Below are positions 25,744 to 38,042 of a stretch of DNA of 64,000 bases, piece by piece. The DNA comes from Lama guanicoe (Eukaryota). Position 1 is the stretch's first letter; each line of letters opens with the position of its first letter. The notes under the pieces were generated by a model. The model saw only the letters and a program-made list of their open reading frames with translations. It was not told where the DNA came from and made no database searches. Made by a program: the position numbers and the translations under genes. Location: the NCBI GenBank assembly GCA_013239625.1, contig MU053216.1, positions 1,950,943 to 2,014,942 on the forward strand, written 5' to 3'.

Positions 25744-28099
25744 CATATAGTCTTTTAATTAATCGTCCACAGTTTCCAACTGCATTTTATTTACCTGTTT
25801 GAGTCTAAATATTCTTTTACAATCAGACACGTGCTTTGCATCTTTCATCTGAAATCCCCACCAGTTAAGTTTAAACCAGAGTCGTCCGCAGAGCTGTTCA
25901 CCGAACACATTACTGAGAACCTTTTGAATGACACATGCCGAACGTGGTGCTGGTGAGCAGACAGGCAAGGGGACAGTTCATGCTCACATGGGAGATGACA
26001 TCACATTACAGTCAGCTTCAAAGAGTCCAAATCACTGGTACTGAGAGACTGAGATGTGCTATTAGTTTGAGGAATAAAAATGACTGCTCAGAAATTATAT
26101 TCCTCCCCCTAAACTGTTCTCAAAGGGTCGTTCTTTCACATTGTTCGTCTGCAGGGTTAGTATTTGGCCTTCCCTGTAACAAGACGAGAGGCCGAGCGGA
26201 GCAGAAATGACAGCAGTGAAGGAGCTCTTCTGCCCTGCACGGCTGGGGCGGGTCTTGCTCTCCAGAGATCTCTCCATCCTTGGGGCCACTGTCCATGGGT
26301 GGGCTCTTCTGTCACCAGCAGCTGAACCTGCGAGAGGAAAGATGAGAATTTTGAATGTAACTGAGAGTTTTGCCCTAAAGGGAGTGGCTCCTGGGGAGTT
26401 GAAGGCTTTTTCTTCAACTTCCAGTCTTATTTTGGAGCAAGGTTTGGGGCTAAAAGCACAAGAGTGGTCTGCTGACTTTTTCTTTTTTTTTTAAATCAAT
26501 CAGATACATTGTTTGTTCCTCTGGGTTTGACAGACATGTTGTAATCAGGTCCTGAACTGCTCGCCACCCCTTTATGTACCTTCTGTCTAAAGGCTTGTGA
26601 CCTATATTCATGAAACTACAAACAATGGGTTTAACCATTAACTCTCAAGCCACCTTTAAATGAATTCTTTTATAAGATGAGAATTATAGAGGCTTCCACG
26701 GGTTGCTTAGAGGAAAAAAGGGAAAGGATTCAGGTTGAACTAGGTTTTTAAGGACCCGGGAGTTGATGGTTAGGACGCCTAAGACCAGGCAGATAATTTG
26801 CCTTGACCTGACCATGTCAGATAACACTGTTAAGCTGACATTCCAGTGTCCCTGAGAATCGGAAGACTTTCTCAAGTTGGTCCATCTGAGGGTAAAATTA
26901 AATTGTGGCAATATCTTGTATTCATTGAGTAAAACCTCCCCATCTATGCCAATACTTAGTGTCCATTAAGGGCACAATTTGATGTTAGGTATCTATTTTC
27001 AGGGCCTTGGGAACGTTACAGGCTACAAAGATTACATTGTTTTCTCAAGTGATAGGAAACACCAAAGAGAGTGACTGAAATCCTGCCCCTAAAAGTCCCA
27101 ATTATCTCTACGAATTTTCTCTTCTATTTTCAACTGAGCATCAATTCAAATAAAGGGTATCTTTGCAGAAAACTATACAATCCAATAGTGCCTGATATTT
27201 TGTGCAAAATAAAAGGACCATCCCATCAGAGTGGTGAAACTGACCTGATTTGGACTGAACCGCCATTGGTAACATACAAGCCTGTCTGAGGTCTCCTGAA
27301 GTTTCTACATTTTTACATTCAAGTGGGGTTTAATTTCCACGTGCTGCTTTGAGTCTGCTGAACTTGTGCCATAGTGTAAATTTTGTTTTTTTCCCCCCTC
27401 TATAACATTAGAAAAGCCTTTTCCTGCCCTTCTGGTAGATTAATTATTTTTCAGAATCCATCTCTAGGCTAGTTTAACCTACTGGCCCCAATTTTCAGAC
27501 CGAGAAATAGAAACACTAAGTGATAGTTTCAGTACAGCCCAGGAGTCAGCAAAAGCCAGTCTCCTGGTTCCAACCTGGCTTTACTACCTGAGTCCTCAGG
27601 CAGTTCTTGAGTAATTGTTTGAGTCAATTCTCTGATTTACAAACATACCGGCTGCTTTTGATTAGATTATTTAATCTGCTTCAGCAATGTTTGGACAAAT
27701 TTATTGTATATGCTCTCATCTAGCAATTAATTACATAACTTGCCAGGGTTTTTTTGGGTTTTTTTGGGTTTTTTTTGGCTGGTGTTTTGTATTGTCGTTT
27801 CTTCTCCCCCCCTCCCAACTTCATCGAGTTGTCATTTATTCTTGCTTGTTTCAATTTCTGTTCCTTAGGAAAGACTCTGTCCGTGGCGAATTTCTCAAGG
27901 AAAAGAACTGTGACCTATAAGTCTTTGCAGACTCTCTGACGTGTAGGACCTCACACGCGGTGTGCTGGAATTTGAACTGCTCTCATTGTAATTGGAGAAA
28001 ACGCAGTTTCAGGTTTTGAAGTATTTCTCTGCTAGTATTAATTGATTTAACCTGGTTAGTATCAAAGCAACCAGAAAAATACCTTTAAGTCGGGGGGTG

Positions 28100-29335
28100 C
28101 TGAGAAGCTGTTTGCTCCTGGATATTGCCCCCCCAGTCTGCCGCGGCGTCTGGCCGGCCTGTTTTGGACTTCGCAAAGGCTCCCCCAGGCCAGGTCCGGG
28201 AGCGCCTGCTGCGCGTTGGTCCCGGCGCTGGGTGCGTGGGGAAGAGACGGACGAGCCCTCCGCTTACGGATCGGAGCTCAGCCGCGGGGAGCCGTGGACT
28301 CGAAGCAACGACGAGCGCGGCGCCACGCAGCCTCTAAACCTCAGCTGGCGCTGGACGGCTGGTCTGGATGCAGATGGATGGGGACCCCGGGCGGGGCAGG
28401 GCCGCGGAGGGCGGGCTCTGGAGCCTGAAACTCGAGGGGCAGCCCTTCCACGTAAGCTGCTGACTTTAACTCCCGTTCCTTGGTTCGTGAGCCGGGGCCA
28501 GTTCACGGGGCGCGCCCCACGGCGCCGTGGTGACTCCCTTGGGCGACGAGTGTCACGTCGCAGTGACGCGTGCGCGCGGCGCGCACTCGGCGTTCGCCGT
28601 CTCCAGGCCCTGGAAACCCCGGCATCGGTGCGAAACCCAGAATGAGAAGCGAGGATGTGTGTGACGGTGTCCCTGGGCTTGCAGGCTCCCGTTTATTCTG
28701 ATTCTTTGTTTGAGACGCAGAGGGCGGAGCAGCTCCTGCGAGCGTGGAGGCTTTACCGGTGTTCAGCACACGTGAACGCAGGGCTGCACTGGGTAGACCG
28801 CCCGCGGACAGAGGAGCTGGGGGTCCCTCGGAGAGGGGCCGGGAGGCAGAGGGAGGAGGCAGAAGGCAGGGTGGCTCTGGGATCCCCGCGCCCAGCGTTA
28901 CCAGCCGTCGGTGGGTTTCGTGGAGCGGACGCGGGCGGTGAGCACGGCGGCTGCGCGGAGGCGAGCTGCTCCGCGCGCGTGTGCGGCTTTCACTGCAGGA
29001 AGCCAGGGAGAGGGAAGCGCGTGGGTCTTTGAGTCACACTGATGGAGGTGTAAATCCTGACTCAGTCACCTGCTGTCTGATCTTGCGCCAGTTTCTGAAC
29101 ACGCTTGGACTTCTGCTTCCTCATCTGCACGATGGGGACGATGACCACCTGCGAATTTACGAGGGATGCAGACGGGTGTGCTGAAGGCCCCAGGGCGGTG
29201 ACTCTCACCAGCACCGTGGCTGGTGCCGCCGCTGCCATCCATGGCGGGCCTTGGCGTGGGGGGCTGAGCTCAGTGGCAGAGCTGCGCTCGGCGTGCGCGA
29301 GGTCCTGGGTTAAGTCCCCAGTGCCTCTGTTAAGG
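28100..29335. promoter_or_regulatory. Orphan CpG island, partly built from GC-shifted repeats
   Basis: High CpG density; CRE-like GTCAC/GTGACG and GCGTGCGC motifs at 28550-28590; includes a MIR (~29020-29200) and a SINE (29258-29333). Confidence 0.5.
29258..29333 (+). mobile_element. tRNA-Ala-derived SINE, GC-shifted
   Basis: agctcagtggcagag...gaggtcctgggttaagtccccagtgcctc matches the SINE head. Confidence 0.75.
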
Positions 29336-30013
29336 GGGCAGACCTTAAAGATTGCGGCAAGCGGTCACTGCCAAGATGTGATTTGTGAATTTTTACACCA
29401 CAAGGAGCCTCTAGAGAAGGGAACACTACAAGGAGAGCCTCTTCTAAGTGCTTCGCAGAAGCATCCCCTCCCTCTTTGATTTTTACGAAAAGGGGTAAGA
29501 TCTAGAAGTTTGTAGTAAGAGCGCCAGCCTGCATGGGAAGTGAGCGTTGTGACTTTGCTCATCTCAGTAACCATAGTCTTTCTCGCTATTTAGCTCTTTC
29601 TGAACCGTTCGTTCACGTGCAGCCCTGACGGTCTTGCTTTGTTTGTTCTTGCCGAACTGGAGTGTGTGTCCGTCGTGGCGCTTTCCGCCAGGTCCCGCCG
29701 TCCTGTCTGGTATTCCCTGGGAGGAGCAGCCAGGGCCACCCCGCAGGAGGGGATCTACTCCAGTGGCTAAAACATAAACCTCGAGTTTCTAGGCATTTTT
29801 CTAGTTCAGGAGGCGATTCAGGCAAGTTAGCCAGTAGTCAGAAACGAGGGCTCAGTGGGGAGGGGGCGTCCACGGAGGACGCTGAGTGCCCCCGGCGAGA
29901 AGCGAGCCCTCTGAGCTGCTTCCACACTTGTCACCTGCTGCCTGTGCTACTTCTGTGCATACCTGTCCTTGTTTGTTTGTTTTTTCCCTGAATTATGAGA
30001 CTAACTTTTTTTT

Positions 30014-30158
30014 GGAGGGGAGGGGATAGCTCAGTGGTGGAGCGCATGCTTAGTGTGTGTGAGGTCCCCAATGCCTGCATTCAAAAACAAAACAAAACAA
30101 AACAAAACAAAACAAAAGTTAAAGACAATAAATTACAACAGATAGTTAAACTTAAAAA
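30014..30158 (+). mobile_element. tRNA-Ala-derived SINE with (CAAAA)n tail and TSD
   Basis: Head gatagctcagtggtggagcgcatgcttag; TSD agactaa(c/g)tttt at ~29998 and ~30159. Confidence 0.85.
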
Positions 30159-30684
30159 AGACTAAGTTTTGGGGGGCAAGGACTTTGTCTTACTCACCCC
30201 CACGTCCTCTAACACGCGCAGTTCAGTTCCTAGTGTGTGATAAGCACGCGATGTGTGCCTGCAGGATAAAAGCGTCGTCTCTTCCTCGTGGTATTTGCTT
30301 TATCCAGAGAGATATTACCCAAGTGAGCCCCAGGCTCTGATGTTAATACTGTGAGAACTTTCTGATACCATAAAAGAAATAAAGGCCGTAACACACATGA
30401 TCCCACTTGCCATAACTCATCCCTTAGTAAGTCGACAGCCACAAGGAAGTGAATAAAATGTCAAAAAGCATGCGTGAGCTCCTGCCCTGGGCAGACACTG
30501 CTTCGGTGAAGACCCCAGGCTCAGCCCTCCCTTCAAGGCGCTTAAAGCCCTGGGGAGGAGAAGGTAAACAAACACGGACTGAAATTCCAGTTGTGCTCAG
30601 CCTCCTCCTCTCCCACTGGCTCACGACCGGCCTCAAGATCCAGGAGCCTCTGGTTCCTCTGGTCAGGAGGCAGGGACAGAAGTG

Positions 30685-30910
30685 CAGTTGACCTTCGAAC
30701 AAGGCAGGCGTCAGCGGAGCCCACCCTCTGCACAGCGAGATGTCCCTGTATAATTTATCGTTGGCCCGCCTACCTGTGGAGTCTTCATATCGGCAACTCT
30801 GAATTTGCAGATTCAATCAGCCATGAATTTATTGTGATACTTATTACTGAAAACAAAAACCATTGCATCTCAGTGGACCCAGGCAGTTCAGGCCTGTGTT
30901 GCTCAAGTGT
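30685..30910. mobile_element. Tigger2/MER8-like MITE (TcMar-Tigger)
   Basis: Starts cagttgaccttcgaacaa and ends ...gtggacccaggcagttcaggcctgtgttgctcaag, matching Tigger2-type termini. Confidence 0.6.
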
Positions 30911-31349
30911 AGGTAGAAGGGTGCTCAGGGGAATCTGTGGGGGAGACATCAACCTGAAAGGGAAGCTTCCAGTGCTCAGTTGCCTGCTGGCCCCTCTTGG
31001 GGGGAGTGCCTGGGTGGGCCCTAGCCCTGCAGATGGGAGGCTGCGCCCAGGACAGAGCCCTCCACAAGACGTGGAGTTCCCCGAGAGCAGCCGTCCTGTG
31101 AAGCAGAAAATCGCTTTGCTCTCCACCCATCGGTGTAATGTCTGCTGTGCCGCTTTCCGGAGGAACTTCAGGAAACCAGAGGCAGCCTTTCCGGTTTGAT
31201 TAATGCAGGTTTGATTACTGTGGATGCCCTAGACTAACGTACTGATAAAGCTCCTTCTTTTGATGATGATAAAGATGCCTTCCACGCTGAAGAGAACCCC
31301 GAAGAAACTCCTGAGAAGTGCAGCCATTTCTTTGAGTCAACTGTAACGA

Positions 31350-31640
31350 GTGTGTTAGTTAGGGTTTGTCTCGGCGACACCAGCCCAGACAGCACGTCAT
31401 TTGTCTCCCACACAGATGGAGGTGATCCGGGTCTGCTGTGGCCATGCCAGGCACATCAGTCAAAGACATGAAGATACGGCACATTCCACCGGCAGGACGT
31501 TCATGGGGAATCGGAGCCTGGTGCATCCTGGGGTTTGCACGCACGACTTCTGCTTGCATGCCATTGGCTGGATCTTAGACACACAGCCACACGGTGGCAA
31601 AGGCGGCTGAGAAAAATGTTTCTTTCTTGTAATGATCACA
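31350..31640 (-). mobile_element. MLT1-type LTR fragment
   Basis: 'cacgacttctgcttgcatgccattggctggatcttagacacacagccacac...gcaaaggcggctgagaaaaatgt' resembles the MLT1 LTR at 9190-9580. Confidence 0.45.
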
Positions 31641-31839
31641 CATCTAGTTAAAACAATGACTTACTCCTAATGAAAAGGCAGAGGGGGTATGTGGAGACAA
31701 GCGGCACCTCCTGACGTTCTCGGCCAGCGAAGGACTCCTGCTTCCCCTGGGGCGGCCATGATTCTGCTGGCGGGACTGACGTCATCACTGTTACAGAGCG
31801 CGGGGTTTCTCCAGAGGACATTTAAATCTATTCCAGTCT

Positions 31840-32103
31840 TGACAACAGGATCCTACTGTACAGCACAGGAAACTATATTCAGTACCTGTAATAGCCTATA
31901 ATGAACAGGAGTCTAAAAAGGAACATACACCTGTGAACGTATAGTTGAATCACTATGCACCAGAAATTAACACAACATTGTAAACTGACTACAAAATAAG
32001 AAAATTAAAATTTTTAAATTAAAAATTAATTAAAAAATTTATGCCAAGTAAACATAAATTATTTTTAAAAATTAAATTAAAAAATAAAATAAAATAAAAA
32101 AAA
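31840..32103 (+). mobile_element. L1 3' tail with long A-rich end
   Basis: cctactgtacagcacaggaaactatattcag...caccagaaattaacacaacattgtaaactgactac followed by an A-rich tail. Confidence 0.8.
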
Positions 32104-32129
32104 TCTTTGCCAATCTTGTGCAAATCACT

Positions 32130-33110
32130 GTCTCAGCTAAAGTGTGGTCTGCAGCCAGCAGCACGTGCAGGTGGTGGGATGGAGATGGGCAAGTTGGCAG
32201 CACCAGTCTACACTGATAGTAACACAGGTTAACACTGCACGAGGCCACGGGTTGTTGCAAAGCATTTTATCTAAGTTTTCAATGTGATGCTAACGTATAA
32301 ACTAGGCTTCTGTTGGAACGAACAAATCAACCGAATTGTGATGGAACTGAAACCTGTGTGTACGTGGAGTGTCAGTAATTTCATCCGGGGACTTTGAGTC
32401 AAGCAGTTCGCGGCCGAGTCTTTGACATGGGAACTGAGGCTGTTTAAGCAGACATTTGTCTGATGTTGAAGACGGCGTGTCTGGTTCCAGAGGTGAGAAC
32501 CTCAAGCAGCAAAGGACACGGGCACCCCTGCGGCCGAGGGGCAGGGTGCGCTCAGCCGCTGCTGTCCGACGCCGGGGCCGCTGGCTACCAAGGCTTAGGT
32601 GAGAGTTCCTTCCCCAGCTGCGCTCGCCGCGTGGCCAGCGCTTCACGGCCCTCTGGGGCCAGCGGCTGCAACTATGGGCGGCGCGGGTAGAGAACACTTT
32701 CATCCTGGTAGGGAGCTCAGTTGGATGGTGCTGCTTGTCCTCTGGAGGGAGAACCAAGTTGACGTAGTCGAATAATGTGTTGCATTCATGTTCACCTTTC
32801 ATATTATCGCCAGAATGTTATACAGTCTGATGACGATGATGAACAAGATACCAGAAGAATCAAGACACCAGGGTGTGAACACTGGAGCATATTGTGGGTC
32901 AACAGGATCGCAAAAATATCACGCCCACATCAACTATCCAGAGCTGGACGCAGATCTGATGAGCGTTGTTCCTCTGGCAGCAGCAGATCTGATGTTCGGC
33001 CATGGCCTCGACTGCTTTGTTGAGCACTGCTGTTCTGGAAATTCACGAGTCATTTTGGAGGCCGTCTGAAAAGTCGGTGCTTATACTGCTCCTGCCATTT
33101 TATTTTCAGT
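32130..33110 (+). mobile_element. Ancient hAT-Charlie/Buster transposase fossil, interrupted by a MER3-like element
   Basis: Degenerate remnants resembling hAT motifs: NFI...SRG (~32376-32500, cf. RWLSRG) and YPEL...VVPLAAADL (~32935-32990, cf. YPEL...LLPFATTYL of the hAT dimerisation domain). Confidence 0.4.
32556..32733 (-). mobile_element. MER3-like MITE (hAT-Charlie), strongly GC-shifted
   Basis: Minus strand reads cagcaccatccaactgagctccctaccaggatgaaagtgttctctacccgcgccgcccatagttgcagccgctggcc, colinear with my recollection of the MER3 start; inverted ends present. Confidence 0.6.
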
Positions 33111-33611
33111 GGATCCCAAAGGCCAGGCATCTAGTATGTGATCTTAGACACAGCATGTCATCTCTTCCAGCAAATTAAAAAGCAGGATTTCCCTGTGGTG
33201 GGGGAAAATGTACCAGTTCTTTGCAAAGACCTTGCGCTTGGGAGAGTAGACCAAAATGAAGTGCAGCCCTTGGCTTCTCAGCCAGACTCGATGTAGCTGT
33301 TACTAAATTCAAGACATTTTGTAGGATCTTTTAACTCTGTTCTAGTTTTTAGATGAATTGGCTCAAATGAAACAAGAAAAGAATTATGAGTAGGATATAA
33401 GATCATACTTATCTGTGTTTCCTGTGAAAACATTTAGAATTTTTTATGTAGTTATTTTTCTGTTTTGCAAAATTTGGATAAAGACGGTAAGTGCAACTTG
33501 GACAAGTAGGTTTGAGATGCTCACAAGACATTCAAATACTACAGGTGTTCCTCCTTCTCTGTATTTCCTTTTGATCTTTATTTACATTTATTTATTTACT
33601 TTTTTCAGGAA

Positions 33612-33700
33612 TTTTTTTTTTTAATGGAGGTTCTGGGGATTGAACCCAGGACCTTGTACCCTGCTAAGCATGTGCTCTACCACTGAGCTCTACCCTCCCC
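33612..33700 (-). mobile_element. tRNA-Ala-derived SINE
   Basis: aatggaggttctggggattgaacccaggacc...tgctaagcatgtgctctaccactgagct. Confidence 0.85.
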
Positions 33701-34139
33701 CTGCTGTAATCATGAGCAAGAATAACATTTAAGTGTTACCTTCTATTTTAACATTTTTCTATGTTGTTCTCTGTTGCTACTTTATATTTATAAAGACGTT
33801 TTCTAAGTTGCTTAATTACCCACCATGCATTTGTGCCAACAGTTACTTGATAATTTCTATCTTCCTGAGAGTGGTAGTTTCTGATTATTTGCAGTTTTTG
33901 CCTTAACATGCAATAGACACCTTTCTGAAATCATCCCTTTTTCCTTTTTTAGAATTATTTTCTTAGGATGAATTCCTAAGAAATGAGACTATCAGTACAA
34001 ACAGGACGAGCAACATTATGGCTTAATGCATGTTACCACTTCTCTCACGAGAATTACATCAGTTGGTGCTGATCAGCATATGAGCTGGTGGTTTCACCAC
34101 CATCTGCCCACGTTGCAGATAATCATTTGCAAGTAGGTA

Positions 34140-34390
34140 TCCTGCCTGTATGAGGATCTGTGATCAAGCTGCTTGGGTTCCCGTCCCTGTGTCTCCAGAT
34201 ACAAGTTGTGTGACCTTGGCTAAGTTACTAACATCTGTAAGCCTCAGTTTTGTTATCTGCAAAGTGGGGGGGGGAGATGTTTACCTTTAGGTTTATTGTT
34301 AAGATTAAATAATAGGACATCTATAAAGTGTTCAGCCCAGCGCCTAGCGGATAATATATGCTAATTATGTTTACTGTTGTTATTAGTATT
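34140..34390 (+). mobile_element. MIR (near full length)
   Basis: MIR core tgtgtgaccttggctaagttactaacatctgtaagcctcagttttgttatctgcaaagtgggg...aaagtgttcagcccagcgcct. Confidence 0.75.
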
Positions 34391-35934
34391 TACTTTTATT
34401 TCCTTAGCTGCTCACATGTACTGTTTTATAATTTTCATTTTCTTTCATGTACCTTAGCTGTTTCCATCTCTTGCCTTTTTGTTTTGGGGGTTCTGTTATT
34501 CTTAAACCTTAAGAAGAGATATTTATGACACTCATCAACTGGCAATTTTACGGATTTTCCTCTAATTTTGAATTTTTTATTGTATAAAAATTCAAATATT
34601 TTATCTAGTTATCTTTTCTTTCATATTTTATTCAATTGTGTCAGATCTGAGGGACGTATTGCCATTCTTCCAAAGACCTATATGGTTTTCTGCTAATTTT
34701 TAATGATTTAAAAGTTACTTGATGTACTCTATTTCAAAGTTTGGTTTTATGGCTTAATATAAATTATTGTCTTGCCACCTTTTTTTTTAATTGAAGTATA
34801 GTCATTTACAGTTACAGTGTGTCAGTCTCTGATGCGCAGCACAATGTTGCAGTCATGCATGCACATACACATGCACACATTTGTTTTTGTTTTCCTTTTT
34901 CCTGTCAATGATGTTATCTAGTCATCCTAATACCATTTAAAAATTATCTTCCCTTTTCTATTGTTTTGTGATAACTTATTCTCCACACATCACCTTCTGT
35001 TATGTGATTGTCCTAATCAGCGGTGGGCTGTGATTTGACCATTTCTTTGAGGTCATGGGGGCAAGTGGTGTCCAGGAATTTTCACTGTCTTGGGAGAGTC
35101 CAGCATTTACAAAGAAACTTGGTCACCATGTTCTGTGTCATGAGGTAATTGTGGGTAGGACACAGGAGGTTATTCGTACTTGAAAGCTGTAAATCTTATC
35201 TTAGTAAATAAAATAAACCTGGCTAATGATCACCAACCATATTTTCTTTTCTTCTAAGGGATGGGCTTGAAAAAAAAAAGAGGGGGGGCAGGTTTCTTTC
35301 AACAGCACTAAAAACTGCTTTTAAGCAAAAAGTAGCCTTATGTCAACCAAGCCGGTTTACCCTCATTGCACAGACACGCTGTTCTCAGGTCAGGCCTTTT
35401 AGGTTATGGTTGTCTTCACTCTGTCGAACTCCACGAGAGATTGTGCCAAAAATGGATTTGCTCGTACAAAATATTTTAAAGTACTTTGTTTTCCAGAAGG
35501 ACCAGGAGTGTTGTCTTTTGATAAGGCATGTCAGGGCAGGTTGATTTAGAGGAAATGTACCCTGGTGCTAATAATTTCTCTGTCAGCTACAGTTCCAGTT
35601 ATTGGTGGGGGAATATGGTCAGACAGCTGAGGGAGGAGTTTGGGGGAAAGGCCGGCCTGCTTGGCTGCAGGCTATTTAATCATCTAGGGAAGGTGGAATC
35701 ACAGTGCTTGGTTCTTGACTGGGAAGATTTGCTTGGAGATAAACCTGGATTACTCATCGTGAATTGAACAGGTTCAGGTTATGGTTCTTTTCCTGTTTAA
35801 CTGAGACATAAAGAGATGGTCTTTACCAGCTTCTGACCATCCCTACTTTTCTGATGGTGGAAACACCATGGACTTGGGTTGATGAGAGAAATGTGCAAAG
35901 AATTTCATAAGCTGCATCTCTAAGCATAGAACTA

Positions 35935-37110
35935 TGCTTTCTTTTTCTTTTTTAATTGAAGTTTAGTCAGTTTACAATGCTGTGTCAATTTCTGCTGTCC
36001 AGCATCATGTTTCAGTCATACATACACATAGTCCTTTTCATACTCTTTTTCATTATAGGTGACTACAAGAAATTCAATATAGTTCCCTGTGCCATACAGT
36101 AGAAATGTGTTGTCTATTTTAAATACAGTAGTTAGTATCTGCACATCTCAAACTCCCAGTTTATCCCTTCCCATCCTCTTCCTCCCAGAAACTGTAAGTT
36201 TGTTCTCTATGTCTGTGAGTTTGTTTCTATTTTGTAAAAAGTTCATTTGCATCATTTTTTTTTTAGATTCCACATATGAGTGACATCATATGGTATTTTT
36301 CTTTCTCTTTCTGGCTTACTTCACTTAGAATGATGATCTCCAGATCCATCCATGTTGCTGCAAATGGCATTATTTTATTCTTTTTTATGGCTGAGTAGTA
36401 TTCTATTATATAAATATATCACAACATCTTTATCAGGCCATCTGTTGATGGACATTAGGTTGTTTCTATGTCTTGGCTGTTGTAAATGGCACTGCTGTGA
36501 ACACTGGGGTGCATGTATCTTTTCGAATTAGAGTTCCCTCTGGATATATGCCCAGGAGAGGGACTGCTGGATCATATAGTAAGTCTATTTTCAGGTTTTT
36601 AAGGCATCTCCATACTGTTTTTCAATAAATGGCTAGACCAATTTACATTCCCACCAATAGTGTAGGAGGGCTCCCTTTTCTCCACAGCCTCTCCAGCATT
36701 TATCGTTTATGGACTGCTTAATGATGGCCATTCTGACTGGTGTAAGGTGGTACCTCATTGTAGTTTTGATTTTCATTTCTCTGATCATTAGTGATATTGA
36801 GCACTTTTTCATGTGCCTATTGGCCAATTGTATGTCTTCATTGGAGAATTGCTTGTTTAGGTCTTCTGCCCACTTTTGGATTGGGCTGTTTGTTTTTTGT
36901 TATTACGTTGTGTAAGCTGTTTGTGTATTCTGGAAATTAAGCCCTTGTCAATTGCATCCTTTGCAAACATTTTCTCCCATTCCACAGGTTGTCCTTTTGG
37001 TTGTAGTTTCCTTTGTTGTGCAAAAGCTTGTAAGTTGAATTAGGTCCCATTTGTTTATTTCTGCTTTTATTTCTACTGCCTGGGTAGACTGCCCTAGGAG
37101 AACATTGCTA
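35935..37110 (-). mobile_element. 5'-truncated young L1: ORF2 C-terminus plus 3'UTR
   Basis: ORF 36633-36827(-) [37 protein letters not shown]...[22 protein letters not shown] is the L1 ORF2p C-terminal region; followed by 3'UTR and a T-run. Confidence 0.95.
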
Positions 37111-37749
37111 ATAGGCTTTCTTTCAATGGGAGAACAGAGCCCTTCTGTTTTAGATGTTTACAATTTGACTGGGGAGACAAGACCGACACGTATGAAAATT
37201 TAACTAGCAGTAAAAACCAGTACATAAATCAAACCCAAATGATGGAGCGGCGACCGAGTGAGAGTCCAGAGAGGGGAAAGTCACTGCCCGTGGGGGAATC
37301 AGCAGCAGCATCCCCGGTGAGCTAGGACACAGCTGGGTCTTGAAGGATGGATGGGTGATGAGGTGCAGGATGGAGGGCATTCGGGGAGAAGTAGCCTGAA
37401 GAGAGATAAAGGGGCTTGAATGGACACATGCTGGAGAAGCGGTGGGCAGACCTGATGGGTGGGTTTAGAGGAGATTAGAGGGAGGAGCTTAGAGTCTGAT
37501 TATGAACAGCCTTGAACACCTGACATTTTTTTCCCTAAATAACTAAAAGAAAGCTAATTACTCATATGTAATATATGTAACTATCACTTGTTAATCTTAT
37601 ACAACAGCTCTTTGGATTTGAATGCCACATATCATCATCGATGCATTTGGAATTTTGTCCTTGAACTTTATTGAGTAGGATCACAGTGAGGGGTTCATCT
37701 GGAGTTTTAAGAGACAAAAGAGTAGAAAACAAAAAATAATGGAAGAGGG

Positions 37750-38042
37750 CCAAGCACAGAGGTTTTTAGGGCAGAGAAGCTACTCTGTGTGAGACGGTCA
37801 TGGTGGACTCATGTGGATATGTATTTCTCCAAACCTGTAGAATGTATAACACCAAGAGCGACCCAGATGCAAACTAGGACTCTGCGTGATGATGCACACG
37901 TCCTGCTCCTGGGGAGAGTTGATAAAGGGGTGAGGATGGGGGGCATGTGGGAAAGCTCTGTACCTTCTATTCAATTTTGCTGTTAATGTAAAACTGCTCA
38001 AAAAATAAACCCTATTTTTAAAAAAAAAAGATTTAAAAAAAT
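37750..38042 (+). mobile_element. Old L1M (L1MB/MC-type) 3' end
   Basis: 'agcacagaggtttttagggcag...tactctgtgtga...tgggaaagctctgtaccttctattcaattttgctgt' followed by AATAAA and an A tail. Confidence 0.7.

Noticed and set aside
30591..31199. 202-aa plus-strand ORF
   Set aside because: Crosses a Tigger2-like MITE, has a non-ATG start and no homology I recognise.
36633..36827. Active L1 ORF2
   Set aside because: Only ~1.2 kb, 5'-truncated, and the ORF ends in a premature stop.
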